A stretch of 34,282 bases of DNA. Source: an uncultured Oscillospiraceae bacterium. GTDB lineage: Bacteria > Bacillota > Clostridia > Christensenellales > CAG-138. A model generated the notes under the pieces. It saw only the letters and a program-made list of their open reading frames with translations. It searched no databases and was not told where the DNA came from. How positions within the stretch are numbered: the first letter of the stretch is position 1; every line of letters begins with the position of its first letter. A program made the translations under genes and the position numbers. Positions 1-7,186 of this stretch are shown piece by piece. The stretch spans positions 1 to 34,282 of the forward strand of contig CAYUUB010000001.1 in the NCBI GenBank assembly GCA_964447725.1, read 5' to 3'.

Positions 1-1
1 G

Positions 2-2053
2 GAGCTGCTTGGCTGCAAGGACGCCAAGGTGCAATATTTCCTGATCAACGTGCTAAAGATCGACCCGGCTTATTACGCCCAGATTGCCGAAAGGCTGGCC
101 GAACCGGACGTGATCGAGCCGGTCCTGCCGCTGGAAATCTGCGAATGCAGGAACCTCACCTCGCTGCACCGGGAGCTCGTCGTACGGGACGACGTGCTGG
201 AATCGGTCGTAAAGGTGTTTTTCCGAAAGTCCAAAAGAAACGTCCTGCTGCATGGCGACCGCGGGACGGGCCTGACAAGCATGGCCGCTTTGCTTGCGAC
301 GGAACTGCGCGACGGACGATATGCCTCGCTGAGGCACATTCAGGTAATCTGGTTCGATCTTTCCGGCGTTGCGGAGGGAGATTATGAAGAAGCCGCGGAA
401 AAACTGATGCGCTTTTTTGACGAAGAACCGGAACGCATCTACGTCGTCGAAGGTTTTTATAAGTATTTCAAGGATCATTTTTCAGCCGTTGCCCGAAGGC
501 TGCTCAAAAATAGTTATCGATTGCTGCTGATTACGGACACCGAAGAATACAACAGCCTTTCCGCAATGGGCGAACAGCTCGGCGCCTGCATGGAACCGGT
601 CCTTTTGCCGGAGGCCGGGAAGGCGGACGTACAGAAGATGATCGACCTTGCGCTGCCGGAAATCGAGCGGGAGTACGGCGTGCGCCTTGCAAAGGGCGTC
701 TCCAAAACGGCGTACCGCATGGCGAACGACTATTTGCTCTCCAAGCGGTTCCCGAAAAAAGCGATTGAACTGATTGCGCAAACCGCCGCCGACGTGTCGG
801 CGGAGGCGGAAATGCACGGTAAAACGGACCCGGCGATGACGCAGGAACACCTTGCCGGCCGGCTGGCGGTGCTGACGGGGCTTCCGGCGGAAACGATCCT
901 CGGCACGGGCGCGGACAAGGACTATGCGTTCCTGCTCTCAAGACGGCTGGTCGGCCAGGACGCGGCGGTGAACAAGGTTGCAGGGCGGCTCGACCTCATT
1001 CAAAAGGGAATGGTGGACAAAAAAGCGCCCGCCGCGGTGTTTGTGTTTGCGGGGCTGTCCGGCACGGGCAAAACGGAGCTTGCAAAGCAGATCGCCCAGA
1101 TTTATTCGAATTCCAGAAAGCTGATCTCCTTTGAAATGGCCAACTTTGGCGAGGCGCACAGCGTTTCGCGCCTGATCGGCACGCCGCCGGGCTACGTCGG
1201 CTATGAGGAGGGCGGCAAGCTGATTAACGACCTCAACAACGACCCGTACTCCGTTGTGCTGCTCGACGAGATCGAAAAAGCGAATCCGGCCGTATGGGAC
1301 CCGTTCCTGAACCTGTTCGACGAAGGCACGATCACGGACATGCGCGGCGTGACCGCCTCCGGTAGCAAGGCGTTTTTCGTGCTGACGTCCAACATCGGCC
1401 AGTACGACATCGCAAAGATGCTTCGCGAGGGTCGTCCGCAGGAAGAAATCGAGGACGTGGTGAAAAACAAATTCGGTACGGAAAAGCACTATAAAACGGG
1501 GGAACCCTGCTTCCGGCCGGAGTTTATCGGGCGCATCATGCGCCGCGGCGGCATCGTGGTGTTTAACGCGCTTTCGCGCGAGGCGCTGGAAGGTATTGCG
1601 CGCTATATGTTTTCAAAGAAAGCAAAGGAATACGGCGAAGTGCACGAGGGAAAGCTGATCTGCGACGACGACGTGATCGAGATGCTCGCCGGACGCGTGT
1701 TTGAAGGCAACGAGCAGGCGATTCGGCGCGGTTCCGGCTATTACGGCGGCCGCGAGCTGGATATTCTGATGAACCAGTATGTCGACAACAAGATCGCGTC
1801 CCAGCTGCGGCAGCTTGCGGGCGTGCCGCTTGTGCGCATCGTGAAAAACGGCGAAGATACCTCGGTGGTTCCCGTCTACAACGACGCGGACGCGGCGTCG
1901 CTGCTGGCGGAAAAACACCGCGCGCTGGTGGACCGCGTCGCGCAGAGGTTCGACAAGGTGGCCATGCTTTCCTCGGACGCGTTTGCGGACCTGGGCGACG
2001 AAAGCCTCGCCAAGCTGAACGCGCTGCTTTCGGAAATCGACATGATGGTATAA
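2..2053 (+). CDS. Clp/Hsp100-family AAA+ ATPase with degenerate D1 and intact ClpB-D2-like (AAA_2) module; probably 5'-truncated by the window edge (alternative start GTG 29)
   Basis: The frame is open from nt 2 with no stop upstream of GTG 29, and the first residues (ELLGCKDAKVQYFLINVLKIDP) resemble the end of a Clp_N repeat. D1-like module: Walker A is GDRGTGLT (nt 254-277, Lys replaced by Leu) and there is no hhhhDE Walker B (IYVVEGF). D2: GLSGTGKT (nt 1052-1075), VVLLDEIEKA, VLTSN sensor-1 and FRPEFIGRI, all typical of ClpA/ClpB D2. There is no long coiled-coil M-domain between the modules. Confidence 0.8.
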   Translation, partial: ELLGCKDAKVQYFLINVLKIDPAYYAQIAERLAEPDVIEPVLPLEICECRNLTSLHRELVVRDDVLESVVKVFFRKSKRNVLLHGDRGTGLTSMAALLATELRDGRYASLRHIQVIWFDLSGVAEGDYEEAAEKLMRFFDEEPERIYVVEGFYKYFKDHFSAVARRLLKNSYRLLLITDTEEYNSLSAMGEQLGACMEPVLLPEAGKADVQKMIDLALPEIEREYGVRLAKGVSKTAYRMANDYLLSKRFPKKAIELIAQTAADVSAEAEMHGKTDPAMTQEHLAGRLAVLTGLPAETILGTGADKDYAFLLSRRLVGQDAAVNKVAGRLDLIQKGMVDKKAPAAVFVFAGLSGTGKTELAKQIAQIYSNSRKLISFEMANFGEAHSVSRLIGTPPGYVGYEEGGKLINDLNNDPYSVVLLDEIEKANPAVWDPFLNLFDEGTITDMRGVTASGSKAFFVLTSNIGQYDIAKMLREGRPQEEIEDVVKNKFGTEKHYKTGEPCFRPEFIGRIMRRGGIVVFNALSREALEGIARYMFSKKAKEYGEVHEGKLICDDDVIEMLAGRVFEGNEQAIRRGSGYYGGRELDILMNQYVDNKIASQLRQLAGVPLVRIVKNGEDTSVVPVYNDADAASLLAEKHRALVDRVAQRFDKVAMLSSDAFADLGDESLAKLNALLSEIDMMV

Positions 2054-2069
2054 AAAGGAGGATGCGGAC

Positions 2070-3278
2070 GTGTTGGTATCGGAACTTTCCGGCCAGACGA
2101 TCGGAGACGGCCAGTACCGGCTGCTGGTGCGGCTGGGCGGAGGAAACTTCGGCACGGTCTATCGCGCGGAAGAGCTGATGAACGGCGCCGTGGTGCGCGA
2201 GGTCGCCATTAAGATCTACAAACCGGAAGCAACGGCCCTGGGAAACGTGGACGGCATGCTGGAAGACTGTGCGTTGCCGGCGAAAATCCTCGCGTCAAGC
2301 GCGCCGCTGGCGCAGAAGCAGCATTTCGTGCCGATCTATTCGTTTGGCAAGCTGGATACGCCCGCCGGGCGATGCGCATTCGTCTCCATGGAACTGATAC
2401 GCGACGGCGAAACGCTTGAAGCGCTCACGAAGCGCTATCGCCGCTTAAAGCGCTTCCCGAGCGAAGCCGCAATCGTCGATTTGATGCGGCAGTTTTTCAC
2501 GGCGCTGTCGCTCGCGCACCGCGCAGGCGTCCTGCACAGGGACATCAAGGGCGCGAACGTCATGATCCAGAACGGCGTTGTGCGCGTGATGGATTTCGGC
2601 ATGGGCGCATATGCAAACCGGCCGGACACGGCGCTTTGCACCACGATGAGCATCTATGCGCCGGAAAATTTCGAGGGACGGTATACCGAAGCGTCGGATA
2701 TCTATCAGGCGGGGCTGATGTTTTACGAGTTGTATACGGGATATTCGCCTTTTGCGGACCGATTCGGCGGCGGCACCGACATGCTGCGCGAGCAAAAGAA
2801 GCGCGTCGACTTTCAGTTCCGCGGCGGGGCCTACTTTCAGGGCGCGGATCCGTCGCCGAGGCTCGATAAGGTTCTTGCCCGTTGCCTGCGCTACAGCGAC
2901 GAAGCGCGTTATACGAGCGCAAACGCCGTTCTCGAAGCGCTGGAAGGGGCGAAATCGACGGAAGCGCTGCGCCAGGCGCTCACCGACAACGAATTCGACG
3001 CCGTGCTCCGTTTATCGGAAGAAATACTGGCCGGCCCGCGCATAAGGGACGACCAGCGCATCGAGTGTCTGACGTCCCGCGCGAAGGCGTATGCCGGGAA
3101 GAATGAAAACGAAAATGCGCTCACGTCCTATATGGAGGCGCTCAGTCTGGTTGACAAAACGGGGATCTATTTTCACCAGCCGTCAAAATACAACGCGCTG
3201 ATCGACAGCATTTGTATTCTCTATCTTAAAACCGGCCAGACGGGAAGCGCGCGGCTGTTCGCAAAGAAAAAACGCTGA
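2070..3278 (+). CDS. Hanks-type Ser/Thr protein kinase, soluble, with C-terminal TPR-like helical region
   Basis: SD AAAGGAGGA precedes GTG 2070. Kinase motifs are GGGNFGTVY, VAIK, HRDIKGAN (nt 2535-2558), DFG and APE. The last ~110 aa are helical-repeat-like. No hydrophobic TM segment. Confidence 0.85.
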   Translation: MLVSELSGQTIGDGQYRLLVRLGGGNFGTVYRAEELMNGAVVREVAIKIYKPEATALGNVDGMLEDCALPAKILASSAPLAQKQHFVPIYSFGKLDTPAGRCAFVSMELIRDGETLEALTKRYRRLKRFPSEAAIVDLMRQFFTALSLAHRAGVLHRDIKGANVMIQNGVVRVMDFGMGAYANRPDTALCTTMSIYAPENFEGRYTEASDIYQAGLMFYELYTGYSPFADRFGGGTDMLREQKKRVDFQFRGGAYFQGADPSPRLDKVLARCLRYSDEARYTSANAVLEALEGAKSTEALRQALTDNEFDAVLRLSEEILAGPRIRDDQRIECLTSRAKAYAGKNENENALTSYMEALSLVDKTGIYFHQPSKYNALIDSICILYLKTGQTGSARLFAKKKR

Positions 3279-3339
3279 AAACAAAGGGAACATAACCAAC
3301 GCAAAATCGGACAAACAAGCAAAACAGGAGGGCTATCGC

Positions 3340-4119
3340 ATGCAGTTCAAACCATTACCGGAGAAAAGAGCAGTACCGGCGTTTGTAAAAAAAGTGCCGG
3401 CGCAGACCGTCGTTTTAGAATTGATGAAGACCGGCGCGGCCGAACGGAGCACGCTCCGGCAGGAAATTGAAGCCGAGCGGAAACGTGCCGACAGCCTGGC
3501 GACGGCGTTCGCGCTGCAGGTATACCGCAAACGCGGCAGCGACGATCCGTTCGTTCACATGCTGTCCGATTTGATGGCGGAATATAAGGTAGAGGCGGTC
3601 ACCTACGAAGGCGAACCGCTTACCCCGGAACTGGAGACGGCGGCGGACATCGTGGAATGGCTGCCGGCCGGGGACAACGATGCCGAATGCGTGGTCGAGG
3701 CGATTGAGCCGGAAATCCGTTTTCAGGGCCGCATCCTCCACCGGGCGAAGCTCTCCTGCAGGAAAGCGCCGGAACCCGAACCGGAAATCACGGCGGAGCC
3801 CGAGCAGGCGGTTGCCAGTGAAAGCGCGGCGGCCGAAGAAGCGGCGAAGGAGCCGACTGCCGAAGCCGCAAACGGGTCTTTGGAGCCGGCGGACGCCGCG
3901 GCAGAGGAGCGGCCCGTCGAACCTGCGGCCGCCGCCGGGCCGCAGACCGCGCCGGAGCGTGAGAAACCGGGCCGGAAGGCGCGGTTCATGGCGATCATCG
4001 GAAAACTGTTTTCCAAATGGAAAAAGCCGGGGAATCCGGAAGCGCAAGCAACGATGGAAGATACGGCTACCAAAGCCGACGATACGGACAACGAGAATGA
4101 AGGGAGCGACAGAACATGA
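3340..4119 (+). CDS. GrpE-like nucleotide-exchange-factor candidate (minimal beta-domain) with long Ala/Glu/Pro low-complexity tail
   Basis: SD AGGAGG precedes ATG 3340. The segment nt 3586-3768 (KVEAVTYEGEPLTPE...ECVVEAIEPEIRFQGRILHRAKLSCRK) follows the GrpE C-terminal pattern (gVE.i...G.pfDP..H.A....vv.v.qkGY.l.GrvlRpA.V.V.k). The tail (nt 3769-4119) is acidic/Pro-rich and contains a basic amphipathic stretch FMAIIGKLFSKWKK. The stop overlaps the Hsp70 start (ATGA at 4116-4119). The CDS itself is solid; the GrpE assignment is moderate. Confidence 0.6.
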   Translation: MQFKPLPEKRAVPAFVKKVPAQTVVLELMKTGAAERSTLRQEIEAERKRADSLATAFALQVYRKRGSDDPFVHMLSDLMAEYKVEAVTYEGEPLTPELETAADIVEWLPAGDNDAECVVEAIEPEIRFQGRILHRAKLSCRKAPEPEPEITAEPEQAVASESAAAEEAAKEPTAEAANGSLEPADAAAEERPVEPAAAAGPQTAPEREKPGRKARFMAIIGKLFSKWKKPGNPEAQATMEDTATKADDTDNENEGSDRT

Positions 4120-6665
4120 AGACCAGTAAATGTGTCGGGATCGACCTCGGCACGACGAACAGCGTCATCGCGATGATTGCCAACGACAACAAAACGATCG
4201 TATGCCGGACGGACAGAAGCGGACGAAAGACATTCCCGTCGGTTATCGTTTACGATGCGAAGTCGGATTCTGCGAAAGCGGGCCAGATTGCGTTTAACAG
4301 GCGCGGCACCACGCCGGAGCCGATCGTATCGATCAAGCGCCACATGGGGAACGCCAACTATCGCGCGACCTGCGGTGCGCTGAACTTGTCGCCCGTCGAA
4401 GTTTCCGCCGAGATCCTGCGCACCATGAAAGAGAACATGCAGGATTATCTCAATAAAATCCCGGAATATTCCGACTATGTGGTGGACCGGGCGGTCATCA
4501 CCATTCCGGCGTACTTTGCTTCGAACGCTCGCGAAGCGACGACGCAGGCGGGCGAAATGGCTGGCTTGAAGGTGGAATTTACGCTCCAGGAACCCACCGC
4601 ATCGGCATTATATTACTGTTTTAAAAACGGGATCGATAATGGGATCTTCATGGTCTACGACCTTGGCGGCGGAACGTTCGACGTCTCCATTGTCCGGATG
4701 AACGAGGGCGACGCATATGTGCTCGGCATTGCCGGGAACAACTACCTTGGCGGCGACAACTTCGACGACGCGCTGGCGCATCGTTTGCTTGAACTGCTGC
4801 AGGACCCGGAAGAGGGGTACGATCTGGACCTGGATATCAACCACGAAGAGGAAGACCGCCTGCGCTTTACACGGCTGAAGCTCGAGGCCGAGATTATCAA
4901 AAAAGCGCTGTCCAAGAAAGAGGAGCATTTCGAAGCCGCGGACGGCGTCATCAAGGATAAATGCGGCGCGTCGGTCAATCTTGCCGCAACCGTTACGCGC
5001 AAAGAGTTTGAGGAGATGATCCGGCCGCTGCTGGAAACTACGATAGAGGAATGCTATAAGGCGCTGAAAGAAGCCGAAGAGAAACACAGCGTTACGCTGG
5101 ATATGATCGACGGCGTGCTGCTGGTCGGCGGAAGCACGCACATACCGGCCGTTGCACGGATCATTGAAAAAACGTTTACCGATCCCGGCCTCCCGGTCCA
5201 TACGAAGCTGCCGAAGCCGCTGGTGGACGAACCCGATATGGCGGTCGGCTACGGTGCGGCGATCGCCGCCGCGTCCTGCGGAATCGTATCCGCGGGAGCG
5301 GAGGCCGTCGAGCATAAGGGCGTGAAGCTGCAGGTAACGGCGGAGTTCAAGCCGGGCCGCGGGTACGCCGGCATCAGCATTGTGGAGGGCAGGATTTCGG
5401 CGGTGTCCGGCAATCTGCCGGACGGCATTTACGCGAAGGTTCAGCGTGCCGCAGGCGGGTTTTCAAAGGAATACATGGTGAACGAGGACGGCAGCTTCGT
5501 TTTTGACGAGCTCATGTCCGTGGAGGAAAAGGAACCGTACGCGTGCGAGTTTTACGCGGGGAACACGCTGATTCTCAGCACAAGCTTCGATGCGGCGGTG
5601 CTTGCCGTCGGCGAAATGCCCGTCGTTTTGTCCCGCAACTACTATATTCAGACGCTCAACGAAAACACCGGCGCGCTTCAACTGGTGAAACTCATGGAGA
5701 AAGGGACGCAACTGCCGTGCTCGAAGGACTATGAGTTTGAAGTCAACAGCAAAAACCCGTATTATGCCGAACTGCGTTTTTTCGAAGAAACGGAGTTTCT
5801 CAAGCAGGTCAACATGACGTTCGACCCGCCGGTTCCGCAGGGCACGGTCATCCGGCTGTCGCTGGCTTGCGATATTTCGAGCCGTTTTACCGCGCGTGCG
5901 GAGGCCGCCGGCATTGTCGTGGACGTTACGTTCGAGCAGTCGCCGATCGAGCCGGTCGATCCGGACGAGCTGGACCAGCTCGTGCACGACGTAAGAGATC
6001 GCATTGCAATGATCCCGAAAGCGGGCGACCGTATCGTTGCGGAAACGATGCTGACGCGGATCGTGCGGGAAATCGAACAGGCCATCGACGAAGGCGACAT
6101 CTGCAAAGCAAACGAAAAAATGGTGGAGCTGCGGGGAATCGGCGGGTTTACCGCAAGCCATGCGCCGCTGGAACCGCCGAAACAGGAGTTTGACGCGTTG
6201 GTCGCGGAAGTAAAGAAGCTCAATGAAACGTCTGAAAACGGAAGCCCGAAATTCGAACCGGACATCGCAAGCGCGGCTTCCCTGGGATATCGCGCCTATG
6301 ACAATGAAGACCAGGCGGTTCTCTCAAAAGCGGTGGCCGATTTGAATGCAATCAAGAAGGAGATAGCGGGAGAAGACCCGCCGTCGCCCACTCCGCCGAT
6401 GTGGCTGATTTGCCAGGTCTTTGCAAAGAAGGCGCTGGAACTCATCCAAAAAGTCGATGAGGAATCGAAGATACCGTCTGAATTCAAGAAAAAACTGATG
6501 GCTTCGGCACCGGCCGACCGCAAGGCGCTGCGAGAGGTACAGGATGCAACGCGCTTCATGCTCAGCGACGAAGAATGCGCGCCGCATATGAACGTCCTGA
6601 GGCAGGTATACCCAAAGTGGGAAAAGGCGGCTAAAATGTCCGGCATTCCGACTATTAAAATGTAA
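4116..6665 (+). CDS. Divergent Hsp70/DnaK-family ATPase (849 aa) with insertion between NBD and SBD-beta and an extended helical C-terminus
   Basis: NBD motifs: GIDLGTTNSVIA, IKRHMG, LQEPTASALYY, DLGGGTFDVSIV, LGGDNFDDAL, LLVGGSTHIPAV, DEPDMAVGYGAAIAAA. SBD-beta-like segment nt 5616-5940: VVLSRNYYIQTL..LVKLMEKGTQLPCSK..ELRFFEE..FDPPVPQGTVIRLSLACD. A ~115-aa insert (nt 5274-5615) replaces the canonical VLLLDVTPLSLG linker. Confidence 0.9.
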   Translation: MKTSKCVGIDLGTTNSVIAMIANDNKTIVCRTDRSGRKTFPSVIVYDAKSDSAKAGQIAFNRRGTTPEPIVSIKRHMGNANYRATCGALNLSPVEVSAEILRTMKENMQDYLNKIPEYSDYVVDRAVITIPAYFASNAREATTQAGEMAGLKVEFTLQEPTASALYYCFKNGIDNGIFMVYDLGGGTFDVSIVRMNEGDAYVLGIAGNNYLGGDNFDDALAHRLLELLQDPEEGYDLDLDINHEEEDRLRFTRLKLEAEIIKKALSKKEEHFEAADGVIKDKCGASVNLAATVTRKEFEEMIRPLLETTIEECYKALKEAEEKHSVTLDMIDGVLLVGGSTHIPAVARIIEKTFTDPGLPVHTKLPKPLVDEPDMAVGYGAAIAAASCGIVSAGAEAVEHKGVKLQVTAEFKPGRGYAGISIVEGRISAVSGNLPDGIYAKVQRAAGGFSKEYMVNEDGSFVFDELMSVEEKEPYACEFYAGNTLILSTSFDAAVLAVGEMPVVLSRNYYIQTLNENTGALQLVKLMEKGTQLPCSKDYEFEVNSKNPYYAELRFFEETEFLKQVNMTFDPPVPQGTVIRLSLACDISSRFTARAEAAGIVVDVTFEQSPIEPVDPDELDQLVHDVRDRIAMIPKAGDRIVAETMLTRIVREIEQAIDEGDICKANEKMVELRGIGGFTASHAPLEPPKQEFDALVAEVKKLNETSENGSPKFEPDIASAASLGYRAYDNEDQAVLSKAVADLNAIKKEIAGEDPPSPTPPMWLICQVFAKKALELIQKVDEESKIPSEFKKKLMASAPADRKALREVQDATRFMLSDEECAPHMNVLRQVYPKWEKAAKMSGIPTIKM

Positions 6666-6688
6666 AGAGGAAGAGGGGGAAACGAATC

Positions 6689-7186
6689 ATGATCTGCCCA
6701 ATCTGCGCGGCATCTTTGAAACCCGATCAGCAAAAGTGCCCGAACTGCAAAAACGATCTGACGTATTTTCTGACGCTTGCCTACCAGCCGGACCTGCTGT
6801 TCAACGACGCGATCGGCCGCATGAAGCGGGAAGATTACGACGGCGCGAGCGACCTGCTCTGCCGCGCGAGCGCGATGCGGCCGGACGACGCGGAGATCAA
6901 GGCGCTTTGGGCGCAGGCGTGCTACGGCGCCGGAAATTTAAAAAAGGCGTTGAGCCTGATGCTCGATTTGATGGGGAGCGCGCCGACGGAAGCGCTGGGC
7001 GCACAGTGCGAACGGCTGATGAGCGAGTATGAACGAAGCGCGTCGTCTCCGGAAACCCTGATCCGCGATCTGCTGCTTACACAGAGCGACCGGATGGAAA
7101 ATTTGATCGGGCGTCTCGAGCGTTTGGCGGAGCCCGGATCGGATCAAGCGCCTCCGGAAAAGGGGGATAACGATGAACCTGTATGA
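6689..7186 (+). CDS. Zn-ribbon (CPxC...CPxC) plus TPR-like small protein
   Basis: SD GAGGAAGAGGGGG precedes ATG 6689. The N-terminal MICPICAASLKPDQQKCPNCKN is a four-Cys zinc ribbon. It is followed by helical TPR-like repeats (DYDGASDLLCRASAMRPDDAEIKALWAQACYGAGNLKKALSL). Confidence 0.7.
   Translation: MICPICAASLKPDQQKCPNCKNDLTYFLTLAYQPDLLFNDAIGRMKREDYDGASDLLCRASAMRPDDAEIKALWAQACYGAGNLKKALSLMLDLMGSAPTEALGAQCERLMSEYERSASSPETLIRDLLLTQSDRMENLIGRLERLAEPGSDQAPPEKGDNDEPV

Noticed and set aside
3415-4343. Overlapping ORFs within the GrpE-like tail region: 3415-4047(-), 3680-4129(+) and 3723-4343(-).
   Set aside because: They arise from the GC-rich, low-complexity GAA/GCC/CCG-type codon repeats of the acidic tail. 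Their translations are Arg/Pro-rich and lack start-site signals.
3340-7186. Interpretation as the housekeeping grpE-dnaK-dnaJ heat-shock operon.
   Set aside because: There is no hrcA or CIRCE-like element. The Hsp70 is 849 aa with its linker replaced. The GrpE-like protein lacks the long coiled coil. The J-like protein lacks HPD and the Zn-finger/CTD of DnaJ and carries 8 TM helices. Kinase and AAA+ genes are interleaved in the same operon.
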